This document shows, in pieces, positions 26,057 through 38,800 of a stretch of DNA of 64,000 nucleotides. The DNA is from Epiperipatus broadwayi (Eukaryota > Animalia > Onychophora). Below the pieces are notes generated by a model. The model was given only the letters and a program-made list of their open reading frames with translations. It searched no databases and was not told the origin of the DNA. Positions within the stretch are counted from its first letter, which is position 1; each line of letters opens with the position of its first letter. The stretch lies in the NCBI GenBank assembly GCA_028023455.1, contig JAQFVV010000009.1:8060001-8124000 (forward strand), in the 5' to 3' direction. Made by a program: the position numbers and the translations under genes.

Positions 26057-28657
26057 AATAATAAATAAATTTCTCAGTGATCTATAATAATAATAACTAT
26101 ACTCTTAATCTTATTCTATTTTAACAATAAAATCTTTCCAAATATATGATTTGTTACTAAGCTATAATTAAGAGTAACTCAATCTATGTCTTAAAAATAA
26201 GACTATCAAATTAAATACAAAATGAATCTCAGGGTTATATAAAATAATAAAATAAATGCAGGAATATCAAGTGTGTTTATACATTTGAGGATACGACAAT
26301 GTAAAAGGGATTTAAGTACACTATCCTACTCAATATTTAATATTTCAGATAGCATTAGTACAATAATAATGTATTTAATCCAGATAAGTTTATATCTTAA
26401 ATATTGGGAATATGCAGTGATGGTGTATCTTTAATTAATGACAAAAGACATGTTAAAAAATTAACAATTACTTTATTGCATACTATAAAATTGATATCAT
26501 AAACAAATAATAGCAACAAAAAAAAATTATATAATGCATCTAATAAATATTACTGTTTGTTTCCTATATCTAATATGAACTCAGGATATATCAAGTGTGT
26601 TATCAGACAGTGTTGTGAAGACATATTAAATAGGAATATGTTGTTTACTATTTTAAAATAATCCTCAATTTTAATACTGGAGAATAATAATTATCACCAT
26701 CATAAAAGATAAATGTCTTAGATTTGTTTTATTAAGCAATCAACTAATAATCAATGTTTTTTACTAAATATTGGAGAAGTTTTCACTCTAAAGAGAAGCA
26801 AATACAAATCATTGCTTAGCAGACTTAGATGATATTTACTACTTTGGGCTTATTTACTCTGCCTCAAGATCCTTTATTGGATTCAATTGCAGACTTAAAC
26901 ATCAGGAATGCTAATCTAACTAAATCATCAGGCTGCCTTGCTACATACTATATAAATAAAAATTAATACTGACAGGTAAGAGTGATGCCTAAAATATTCC
27001 TTACAGATTTACTCATTTATGTAAGAATAATTAACTCCACTTAACTTTGAGGTTGAAATTGTAAGAATCCATAAAACTTTATTAATGTTTGTAATATAGC
27101 AATTTCATATAAATCTAAATCTAAAATAAATCACATTTAATCCCTTTTAATCTCAACAAAAATAATAATATTAAGTAAAAATATTACCTGTACCTCAGCA
27201 TAGTAATATCTGAGAAAACTTTCATAATATTAATTAACTATGAAAGAAGAAATTATATTAAATAATTTGTCATATTTATTGTACAATTCATTTCACTTTT
27301 GTAAGAGCATCCTTCTGGAAATAGCATAGAGAATACTGTATTAAATTTCATTTAGGGTGTTTGTTAATTCAAGACAATCCATGTTTAACACATTAATCCA
27401 TTTTTCAGATTATTCATAATTTGGACATTTATTATATTTGATATTTGCTTGGAGATTCAACAATTCAGGATTGGCATTGAAATGTTTATTCATAATGCAT
27501 TATCCTTTGAATGTTATTCAAGTATTTAGCATGGATAATCCTTAATGCACTTCCTTAATCACTGGATACACATTCGTTGTTTGTTACATAAAGGAAATTA
27601 ATTCCTTTGAACAGATGCTGCAATTTTATCCAAAAAATTAGCATTCAGTACTGCATTAATTTGACATATAAAATAAAGCATATAGTTTGTTATCCATAAT
27701 AAAATGATTTTCATTAGTTTTGAATCAAAATTTGTTTCTTTAACACCAAGTTTATACGGAGGTATATTAAGAGTTGAAAAATTATTATTAAAAAAAATAT
27801 TTTCTTTCATAATTGAAGTGATAACTTTATTATTGAGATTTATATTGCTCATTTCTTGAAGTGAAAAAAATAATTATTTTTATAAATAACTTCAGAAAGT
27901 AAATGTCAGAAACTTGTTTGAAATTATGAATTACAACTTTTGAAAACATATGTCAACTATTTATCATTACTTTCAATTGAAGAAAATCCAGAAATTTGTT
28001 GAAATAGTGAGACACCATTCCACAAGTCAATTTTGTCTATTTTTTACTAAACAGTTGACTACAATAAATGTCATTTCTTGAAATAAAGAATTAATTAATT
28101 AATTAATGATGGTTTCTGGTTATTTGTTGTTGTCCATTTTTTTTCCTAGAATGATGAGAAGTCAGATGGCTAGCAAAAGCATCTGCCTATTGATAAGTTG
28201 AGACTGCCTTCATATAGATAAAAACAAAATGGCTATTTAAAATTTTGAACTTGTTTAGGTCCTACATGGACTGAAAATTTGTAGACTATCTAGATTTTTT
28301 TTTTAACTTCACATTATATACCAGTGCTCACATGATCTCTGGATGACATAATATTTTCCATTATGCATTGGGGTTTCTTGGTTTTTCCAAGAAGGTTGTT
28401 ATGGTTTTTGCTGCTCAAAATATTAGACATAATATTTTTTTAAAATCAAGACAGTAAAAACTTATTTCTGGGTTTAAATATAAATAAATCATAAACTATA
28501 AAGTTTTCAGATATTTATTTCAAACAAGTTTAAATTGAAACAATGAGCATTGCTAATTGAGAAAGCATTTAAAATATCTCTGTCAATAGATAACTTTTAG
28601 ATAAATGCTGTTTTTAGGTTGGTATTTTTAGATCTAGGGTCTGAAGCTACTCTAGTG

Positions 28658-28699
28658 CCTCTCTGAGGAGTGCCAAAGCACAAAACCATTGGTCAGAGG
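28658..28699 (+). ncRNA. Type I hammerhead ribozyme with a single G12>A core mutation
   Basis: CCTCT-CTGAGGA-GTGC-CAAA-GCAC-AAAA-CC-ATT-GG-TC-AGAGG. Stems I, II and III all pair perfectly, with a GUC cleavage triplet. Confidence 0.85.
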
Positions 28700-30779
28700 T
28701 TTAGGGGGGGGGGAGTTCCTGACAGAGATATTTTAAATGCTTTCTCTGGCTAAGTATTTACCACAAAGCTTGTTGAGTAATTAGCAATGCTCATTGTTTA
28801 TATCTTACAGGCTTAAAAGAATGGGATCATGTGATCTATGACTATTTTTTATACACACACACAACATATAAAATGTAAGAACTGTTTATTTTACACATAA
28901 ATAAGAATGTAATGTTGAGTTTATAATTCTACATTTCTATTTTTAAATTATTTGTTTTATTTGTGAAGCACTTCTTTTGATTTGTTTATACAATTGATAA
29001 TGTTATTCCTTAATAAGAAAAGCAACAAAATTGTACATATTTCTTTATATGAATATAAAACTATTTTAAAAAATCTGCTTTAAAAGCCATTTAAAAATGC
29101 TTTATAAAATTATACTTCTTGTAAACGTTGGCATGAGAGATTATTTAAACATAATAATGACTATATTCTATGCTCTACAAACAATGATAATAATGACTAT
29201 ATTTGCTTAATCATAAAAATTAAAACCAATAAAGTTTTTACAGTTTTAAATTTATGATGGCCAATTTACAGTGATGCTGTAATGTTACAATATACATATA
29301 TATATACAATTATTGCTGTTATATAAAGATATTTTATATTAAGCATTTCCTATCCATATTTTTGTTATAGTTCTGAGTAATACATTCTTTAACTATAATA
29401 TTGTAATACACAAAAGGTAATTTGAGATTATAATAAATTCTGAAATTGATTTTTTTTAAGCAAGGATAAGCATTAGTTGCAAATTCTGATAAAGGATAAA
29501 TCTATGCATATCACAATTCATATGATCATCTTTCTATTGTTATAATTTTAAATAATAAATAATTAATATAGCCTCTACTGCTTTAATTAAATAATCATAA
29601 AATAATTTTTAAAACTATTTTTAAATTAGTGTAGAAGAAAACAGAATTAATTGTAATTAACAATTATTTGTATGCAACACAATGTTAAACAACTATTGGA
29701 TTAAGTAACATTAGCATGGTATAAGGTGCTGGTATTATTGGTAGGGGGGGGGGGGCAAAAAATTGAAATGGGAGAATTACATTAAGTTTTTCAACAACAG
29801 ATATCTAAGTTGGGGCATTATCTTTATTCCCACTTTCAGAAAGATCATTTACTCAGATCATAAACATAACTTATCCATAATAATTTCATTGAAGGATAGA
29901 AGTGATTAATTTTCTTAATGCACTTGTATGAGAAATTTGTAACAGGATGAATAAGAGTAGAGTAAAAAAGGAATCAGTGGACATGGTAATATATTAATAA
30001 ATCAAAATCAAATGCAGAAATAATTATGGAAATTAAGAAAAATAGACCAAATGGTTGGAAATAGAAAAAAAAAATTGGAGTCTGGAAAACATAAAAAGAA
30101 GTTAATAAAACGTAAGGAATATAATTTCAATCAAGATAACATGGATGAAAACCAATCAAACCATCAAACAACAAATATGCTATAGGAAAACTCAATCTCT
30201 ACTCAGGCCAAAATTGTATGAAAAGTAAAATGCTATTAAGCAGAAAAATTCTTTTCACCTAATTGGGAAGTTTTCACTATAGAAACTAATAACTGCATGG
30301 GAAAACATTGAATTTAATATGGAAAATATTTTAATAATTATTGCGAACTTTATTTATGATGGTGTTGATGAACACAGCATAAAGAATTGTTTCAAAATTA
30401 AAATTTCAACTGAAATGGAATTCTGATTGCAGCAGATTCAAGCACCCAGATTATCATGATTTCAGAAATTATTAGTTCAAATGCTTAATTATCATTCTGA
30501 AATTTATTTTTAACCATGAAATCTACTCAAGTTAAAGAGTGGATCTCCTTGCAAGTAGCATATATTAGTATGTGAAACCAATAGTCTCTACATGAAACCA
30601 GATTTCATCTTGGAAGTCCTGGTTAAAGATAGCAATTAATAAAAATACACAATAAAATATAAACTTCAGTAGTATAGCTGAATCGGAACTATAGAGGTGA
30701 GGGTCCTAGGTTCTCAAAATGAAAAATAACTACATAATACTGGCAATTGTAGAACACTTCAAGATATATCCTCTATAAA

Positions 30780-31330
30780 ACTTTTCACTTAGGAAACAAT
30801 AAAATTACTTCAATTTAACATCGTGAATATATCAAAACAAAAACAGCAACTCATCAGTCTTCTAATGATGCATATCTTCTTAAAATCCCTGAGTTTACAT
30901 AGATTATTGATAGAATCATTATAAAAATTGGTATGCTACTTTTGGTTCAAATCATATTGTAAATCAAATAACTTCCATTGAAGATAGCTCAAATGATATT
31001 GCAATCACAATTCAGTTAGATTATTTTTATGTATGCAATATTTACAAACCTCACAATACAAATTGACTCTACCCTCCTCTTACACATCTTCCTCAATCTT
31101 TCAATTCTCACATTAATATTTGGGGAAATGTAAATGAAGATCAAGCAGTTCATAAACTTTTACAACAGATGGATTTATGATGCCAAGCAAGAAAAAACCT
31201 TTCACTCAAGCTGATGGGGAACAAAAACTATTCATTTATGTTTCAACAAAAAATGGTTTGCCATTATCTGCTGAGCTATTGATTACAAATTTTGGTTTGC
31301 TAAACCTAGCAGTAGAAGAAATGAGATTAC
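30780..31330 (+). mobile_element. Decayed LINE APE endonuclease fragment (Ingi/Vingi-like, I group)
   Basis: Fragmentary translations KIPEFT, VCNIYKPHN, FNSHINIWG and FHSS*WGTKTIHLCF resemble from memory the FHSARW...PDLCF segment of these endonucleases. Many stops. Confidence 0.5.
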
Positions 31331-33026
31331 AGTGATCACTGGGTAGTCAAGATATTAAAAGTGCAAAGAATGAAGAAATATGATGTTAACAATAGAATAG
31401 TGTTTCATTAAATATATAAAGAAATAATAATAATTGTTGCGTAATCTGGAAATTTATAGTTGTTTTGTACTTTCAGATAAAACTCATGTCTAATAACATT
31501 TTTATAATTATTATTATTACTATTGATTTATTTAGGGGAGGGGGTGTCCAGTAAGAAAATCAACTAAACATGCATGCACACACACATATATATATATCCT
31601 AGTTTTAAATCCAGTAAATAGAAATATAAAATCTCAATAACATTAGTGCAATCAAGATTTTGAAAGAACAGAGAGAAAAGAAATACTACAGAATTAAGAG
31701 AAAAAATTATTGTTTAAATAATTAACTAGAAAAATAATTGATACATTTAACTTTTGAACAGAGAAGCATTTTATAGAAATGTTAAAATTAAAATGGTATT
31801 ATCAGAATATTTTTAAAACAACAGACTGTAATCTAAGCACTGAATTGAATAGGATTAGCTGAACTCTTAAATTATAAAATTAAATAAATCGGTGCTTGGA
31901 ATAATATTCGTACATAAATATTTTTTAAGAAATTATAAGAGAGTTTAAGTGAATATTCTTTGAGAAAATAATAAAAAGCCCAGAAAAAATATTCATAATA
32001 TAATTTATATGAGTAATGTTTAACACAATTATAATTGCAAAACCAAGAATTCCTGTTTGCTTTGATTTTAAACAATGATAGATTTCAAGTGCCCTAGTTA
32101 AATAATTAAACTTGAATTTAAGAGTATATCTATGTATAAGAATCCTTTCTTATTTTAACTTTTTTTCATAACAGATCAGATCACAGTAATAGAGTCCTAA
32201 GTAAATATTTGACACACTTTTTTTTATTAATTATTTGTAAAAAAATTTGTGCAAGTTTTAGTTCAAAAGCTAAACGTTATTGATACTTCTAATTTTAAAT
32301 TATTTTGAGATGAATAATTCTTGTTGAAATAATATTTATTGAAAAACGAAGGAGTTGTTGTTTCTAATTGATTCAAGTGTTTTTGTTATTTGTGCACCAT
32401 TTTAAAACCAATGCAAATCAGTGACTATGGTTCCAGGACTATGGAACTTTTAACAAGAATGTTGAATTCTAGGCCTTGCTACCCCAGATCAGTGGCACAT
32501 TGATGATTTATCTTATAGCTTTTTTAAACTACAAAACTTTAACACCAACTGATTTAAAATTCTACACACAGTAAAGTTTTTATAGTGGTTTGTGAAAAAA
32601 AAAAAAAAAAATTATTTTTAGTTTATGCAATTATATTAATACTGTATATTACATTGAGCATCATACACTAATTAAAGATAAACTGTGTAATTAATCCTAG
32701 GGTTTAAAAACATGCTATTTAAAAAACATATTTACTTATGTAAACAAAAAAGAAAACAAGTTGAGTCCATAATTAATCGTTTATGCTCAATTTTATAATT
32801 ATTATAATTAATGAAGGGATTAGTGTTTCATTTTGAAATAAAAGAATTCATATAATTTCATAAATTTGTAATAAAATTGATATAGCTCAATTAAAATGAA
32901 CATATATAAGAAATAATTTAATATATAGGGTATATGAGCACCGACTTTCACATGACCCACCACTCTCCACCCTATTTCATAACACTGATACACTTGAACA
33001 CATATATGTTGAAAAGATAAATAATT

Positions 33027-33070
33027 ACCAATATATGTATTTCATGCTAAGCCAGCAATCATCAGTTGGT
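33027..33070 (-). ncRNA. Type I minimal hammerhead ribozyme (inverted copy)
   Basis: Minus strand ACCAA-CTGATGA-T-TGCT-GGCTT-AGCA-T-GAAA-TACATA-TA-TTGGT. Confidence 0.75.
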
Positions 33071-33535
33071 GCAGATTACCATCTCCACTCATATATGCTA
33101 TAAGTGCTCAGATATATATTAAGATAGCCAATCCTCACACTTTAATGGACAGGCTTCAATCTACTCCAACTCTTCAACTGTCCATCCAATTGAAAATCTG
33201 ATGATGGTCATATACCCTATATATTACATATATAAACCCAGGTATATAATAAGCCTGTGTGTTTCAGTTATTACATAGTAGAGATGTCTGCCCATCCCTT
33301 GTATTAAATGGATTATGTCCTGTGTATGAGAGGTCAGATTGACTTTAGGTCAACATGGGTGTGACAAGAATCTCAGCCTTAGGGTGGCCTTTGAGCATTC
33401 CATCATTAGATTTTCAATTGGATGGACAGTTGGAGTGTGGAGTAGATTGAAGCCTGTCCATTAAAGTGTGAGGATTGGCTATCTTAATATATATCTGAGC
33501 ACTTATAGCATATATGTGTGGAGATGGTAATCTGG

Positions 33536-33579
33536 ACCAACTGATGATTGCTGGTTTAGCATGAAATATGTATATTGGT
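33536..33579 (+). ncRNA. Type I minimal hammerhead ribozyme
   Basis: ACCAA-CTGATGA-T-TGCT-GGTTT-AGCA-T-GAAA-TATGTA-TA-TTGGT. The CUGANGA and GAAA core is intact, stem I is ACCAA/TTGGT, stem III is near-palindromic and the triplet is AUA. U-U at the base of stem II is non-canonical. Confidence 0.8.
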
Positions 33580-34076
33580 GATTATTTATCTTTTCAACAT
33601 ATATGTGTTCAAGTGTATCAGTGTTATGAGATAGTGTGGAGAGTGATGGGTCGTGTGAAAGTCTGTGCTCATATACCCTATATATTACATATATAAACCC
33701 AGGTATATAATAAGCCTGTGTGTTTTAGTTAAGAAATAATTTAAAGATTGTTGTTTTTATCTGTATGTGTTAATAATATATATAAAAAAAAAGAAGAGGA
33801 GGAAATTGAAATTAATACTTATTTGTAGTTTTTCAGTTTTAGTCAAACAGAAAAAAATATTGTAAATATAATAAATTGTTCCACTACTTGAAATTTAATA
33901 CTTCAACAAATAATCACCATTTTAATTAGGATAAAATAAAACTTTATGTAGCTTTGACTACAATAATTGGAAATTAGAGCAATAAAAAAAATTTATTAAC
34001 AAAAAAAGACTAATATATTAATCTTATTAAATATTATTATCATGCGATAGTATTCTTTTTTTTTTATTTTTTTAAG

Positions 34077-34253
34077 GTACTTATTTGCTCAATATCATGT
34101 GGTCTGATCGGCAGATTAGAGGATGCCCTTATAAAATAAATGTTATAACTCATAGTGATGCCTCAAAAGTTGTTGTATCTGGGGAAGGAATTAAGATAGG
34201 TATTTTAGGCAGAGAAATTAAATCTTTCATTGACACTCGTAAAGCAGGTCCAG
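34077..34253 (+). CDS. jbug: Filamin (jitterbug-like) internal exon
   Basis: Polypyrimidine tract + AAG acceptor and CAG|GTAAGT donor; 177 nt encoding GTYLLNIMWSDRQIRGCPYKINV...DASKVVVSGEG...IKSFIDTRKAGPG. Confidence 0.93.
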
Positions 34254-34322
34254 GTAAGTAACAAACAGCTTTTTTATACAAATAAAATATATGAAAAATA
34301 GTTAATTTGTAGTTTATTTCAG

Positions 34323-34472
34323 GTGAATTAACTGCTCACTGTATGGGTTCACATAAAAGTGCTTATTGTGAACTTTACGATCATCGCGACGGTACCTTTA
34401 CTCTCAATATAAAACCTCAAGAATCGGGTAGGCATGTTCTCACAGTGAAATATGGTGGAGAACATGTTCCAG
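34323..34472 (+). CDS. jbug: Filamin (jitterbug-like) internal exon
   Basis: Follows a 69-nt intron; 150 nt encoding GELTAHCMGSHKSAYCELYDHRDGTFTLNIKPQESGRHVLTVKYGGEHVPG. Confidence 0.93.
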
Positions 34473-34563
34473 GTAAATATATTATTCATATATTGAAATA
34501 ATCAAAATTATAATCTGAATATTATTTTTCAATATGAAATATTTTTTATTAAATATCATCTAG

Positions 34564-34731
34564 GAAGTCCATTTGTTTTACGTATTGCTTCTGCTCCTGA
34601 TGCCAGCCGGGTCAAAGTCAGTGGGCCAGGAATTGAACATGGAGTTTTATTAAATTTTCAAAGCCATTTTATTTGTGAAACTCGAGGAGCAGGTGCAGGG
34701 CAATTATCAGTGAGAATACGAGGGCCTAAAG
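34564..34731 (+). CDS. jbug: Filamin (jitterbug-like) internal exon
   Basis: Follows a 91-nt intron; 168 nt encoding GSPFVLRIASAPDASRVKVSGPGIEHGVLLNFQSHFICETRGAGAGQLSVRIRGPKG. Confidence 0.93.
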
Positions 34732-35587
34732 GTATAAATATTAATATATTAATAGTATGCAATTAAAAAAAGCTTGAATAATTTGATTGTAATTTTCCTC
34801 TCAAACTTTTTCAATCTCAAAATAAAAAAAAGAATAAAATAAAATAATTGTGGTATTCATCTAAAAATATTATTTATAAATTTTTTATTTAAAAATATAA
34901 TTATAAGAAAAAAGCATATTTGTAAATCATATATTCTTTCAAGAGATTAATATACTTTTAATATTCAGGCAGTTTCGTACATAAATTCATTCTTGCATAA
35001 AAATATCTGATATATATATAGTAATTTAATTAACATATATTTAAAGAGAAATTTTAAATACTTTCTATTATATTATATTAGTATGATACAATAAATGTTA
35101 TTTTAAAAATTATTTTTCTATAGTTATAACCTTTGTTTAAAATCTACAATGTATAATTTTAAAAAACTATTCAAAATATTCTTTATATCATTCAGAGTTG
35201 AGCAATAGTTCAATTTAGAATATAAAATAATAATAATAACTTTTATTAGCAGCAAACTAACTTTTCTCAACAGACCGAGAGTCCGAGTCAGAGAGCCAAA
35301 AGCTGACCAAGTCAGGATAGTAATGTCCTATGTCTGATCATACCTCAACTCTCTTATCCGTGCTTCCAAGTCAAACCATTGCGAATGACATGCCTGAGGC
35401 CACACTCGATATCTCTTTATTCACATTCCAGCAATAGCAAAGTGGTAAAACATGAGACATCCTCCACACACACATGATATTATATAACTTAACTAGTGAT
35501 TTATAAAGCAATGAGCCAGAATGGAGACTGAGAGGGATTTATATTTCATAAATTTAATGTAACAATTAATAAGCCATAAAGTAAGGT

Positions 35588-35850
35588 AAATTATGTACAT
35601 ATTGCTCACACGCAGGTGAGTGAATACTCAGGGTTACAAAGGATATGATAAAGCAAATTATATAGAGCTCACACAGGTGAATGAAGGCTTAGGTTTACAA
35701 AGAATATGATAACGCAAATTATATATTGCCCACATAGAAATGAGTGAATACTTGGATTTACAAAATGTTTAATGTAATTGTCAATAAATAATAAACAAAG
35801 CCAATTATCTTTTCTCACGTGCAGGTGAGTGAAATTTAGGGTTGAAAAAT
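35588..35850. repeat. Diverged tandem units of about 61-67 bp containing CAGGTG
   Basis: Units start AAATTAT at 35588, 35655 and 35716, with a displaced fourth copy at about 35803. CAGGTG occurs at 35613, 35674 and 35822. Confidence 0.75.
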
Positions 35851-38800
35851 GTCTAAATAGATTATGAGTTGCAGAGTTGACAATATGCTTATATAATTTT
35901 TTATGTCATAACCATGCTATGATCTACATAGTAAAAATCAGTAATAGTTAGTGATCAATTAATTAGTAACTGAGTGGAATTATATTATTAAGTTTAAACA
36001 TAACTTATAATGATATTTGTGTGATATTATATATAATTGCTACACAGATAATTGTACTAACTCAGATTCTGAATCGGATCAAAGCCGATGTTAATTTCTA
36101 TGGAAGGTTGAACTGATGTTGGGAAGTTGAATGTCAGGTGCATCTCAAATGTGTTCTTAATTGAGGTTCATTACCTAGTAATCGGTTCCCCAGACCGTGC
36201 TACTTGCTATAATGCGAAGAGGCCCTTTTATTCAAATGAACGGAACAGCAGTTTAATGAGCCCTTGGAATGCTTTGGTTCCTTCAAATACAAATAAATGT
36301 CACAGTTGCCTAAACTTTTGAGGCATGACTTGATGTGGAATCGATCCTGATGTAGGCCATTATAGGTATAGCAAGAAGTTAAGCATATTTATGCTAATTA
36401 ACAACACATTCACCATGTTAATTTAATATTTTCCTAAATTAATTGTGTCAAAATCTTAGCTTCTGTCAGTTACACTACCACTGGTCAGTTCATAAATAGT
36501 ATTTCATAGTCACGCTACAAAGGCAATAAGAAGAATCTGATTTAAGGATATCTGTATAGCTTAATCTCTAATTAAGGAGAGTTACAGCAAAATTAAGGAT
36601 TTACTAAGATTTAAAATATTAATTATATGCTATATAGAATTACTCATGCCTAATATTAAGCAAATATTGATTTTTAAATAACTTTAGCAAAATACTCATT
36701 TTTAAATAATCTACGCAAAATATTCGTTTTTAAATAACTTATTCTGTGCAGTAACTGATTCACTCTAGTGTAAATAATAGTTTGATTTTAGAAGGGAGTT
36801 TTGCCTATATTTCTTTATATTATAATATTCTAACATAGTGGAAAGATGCTTAATCGCTTCTCCGATAATTATTAAACGCCACAAAACTCTGTTCTGATGA
36901 ACATAGCATAAATTAATAAACATGAAATTAAAAACTAAATATAGATGGCATAAGAACAAATTGTAAAAAATGATCAATAAAGTTATAATTTAGAAATGAA
37001 TTTGTTTGAATGGTTTTATAGAACCTAAATATTTATGATTACTTAAAAATATTTATGAGCAAGCAAGAATTTTGAGAGTGCTCTAAGCTTTAAAAGTAAA
37101 TTTAACAAAAATGGTTTAGTTTAAAATTTAAATAATATAATTAGATACGAGACTTGATTAGTTAGCTAGCTTCTAATTTAGAATTGGTTTAGTAATGGAA
37201 TTAACATATTCTGCAGACTAATTTACCGGTAATACTTGGTAGTTAAGTCTTTCAAGGCATTCTTTACTGTGCATCTTCTCTCTATTAAATTGGGCTGTGG
37301 CTTTTCTAGACTTAAGTCTGGATGCAGCTTTTCTATTACTTCGGTTGTGGCTTTCCTCCATCACTTCGGTCAAGAATTCTCTAGTACTTCAGGTGCAGCT
37401 TCATCACTGGGCTCGGGCTGAGATTGATGTTTTCCTCCATTCTGTAGCACAGTTTTCCATGGGAGACAGACAGCTGTCTATCGTCTCTTAGCTGACAGTT
37501 CCCATTTTAACAGCTTTGGTAATGGCTTGGTCAAAATAATGCAGGAACAGCTCTTTAATTATTTTTCAACACTCGTTTTTCAGAAAATGGGTCTCCTGTT
37601 TTTTGATGGCCACTACAGGATTTTTTATATCATATTTTTGACAGTATTTTCCTCCCCCTTTTACTTTCGCAACATCACTTGTTTACTGACTTCACACTTT
37701 GCCTTTAACTAAATTTCCACTTAGTTTTTAATATTCGCCACAGCCAATTCTGGAGTTAACAGTTCTATTCCCTTGGATTTACCCATTGCACTTATTATGG
37801 ATTTATGCCTGACTGGATTTTCTAATTTGTTTTTGCCTATAATTTTAAATGAGGTCAATTTTCAGCTAAAAGATTATTTTTAGACGAAATGTTAAAACTC
37901 TTAAACAAATTACAGCTTGTGTAATTTTAAACAAACAATAGAACTCGAAAATTATTTAAAATGAATATTAAAACTTAAATGAATAATTTTATAAATTTAA
38001 ATTTATTATTTTGTGTATACATAAATTCTAACTACACACAGTTATGTTTACTTTAGTTGTAATACACATAAAGGAATATGTGTGTATATGCTATTTATGA
38101 CTGCGTCTTCTTATTATAGTTAACAAAGTGAGTATACATGCACATTTTGAATTAAAGAAATACACGCAATCTGAGTAAAACAGAATAACACTATTATAGA
38201 ATATAATAGGTGAAACAGGCAGGTCGATAGATCTAACTGTTTCAGTATCAAATATATATATTGAACCGGTTCCATTTAATAGAAGTTGTTTAATTGGGTT
38301 AACATAATTTTTAATTTATATTTTTAATATTATGTGAACAGACTGGCCCTTCAAGCTGAGGGGAGAATACCATCGATAGGTGAGCTATCAATGATACCCA
38401 TGGTCAGACCGAGCTAAGCAAAGCATAACATGATCGCATTTCCAGACTGTGGCCCACCTTGATTGCTAGATTCAAATCCCTACCATCCAAAGCATTTTAT
38501 TTGTTTAGAGGTAAACCTCAGGTGCCAGCTAATTACACAAAGTAATTAACATGCCTGGATGGTAAGTCGATAATCCAGCGCTTGAAATATCCCATGACTA
38601 GCTCCCACTCTGTCTCAGAGTCCAACATATTTACTTCACATATACAAATAACTTTACAGTGATTTACAGGTGAGGCAGTGATGAGATAAAGAGAAAAGAC
38701 AAAGTAACAATTAAGGCAAATATCACATATCTAATATAACACAATAATATTAAAATTTACATATAAAATCATATAATTGCTCAGGCTAAATTATGATAGT

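Larger units (their letters stand above)
32921..33729 (+). mobile_element. Non-coding hammerhead-bearing retroelement (retrozyme / PLE terminal-repeat derivative) with 5' inversion
   Basis: 14-bp TSD TAAGAAATAATTTA at 32907-32920 and 33730-33743. Inverted arms of about 290 bp at about 32921-33207 and about 33398-33686. A 63-bp direct repeat at 33208-33270 and 33669-33731 gives a period of 461 nt. Each arm carries a hammerhead, and there is no ORF. Confidence 0.85.

Noticed and set aside
27230-27900. Minus-strand LINE endonuclease remnant (ORF 27598-27852)
   Set aside because: Only vague motifs (LNIPPYKL, HFNAN) are present, too weak to call.
28250-28285. GTCC-TACAT-GGAC-TGAAA as hammerhead stem II
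   Set aside because: There is no CUGANGA-like sequence upstream and no stem I or III.
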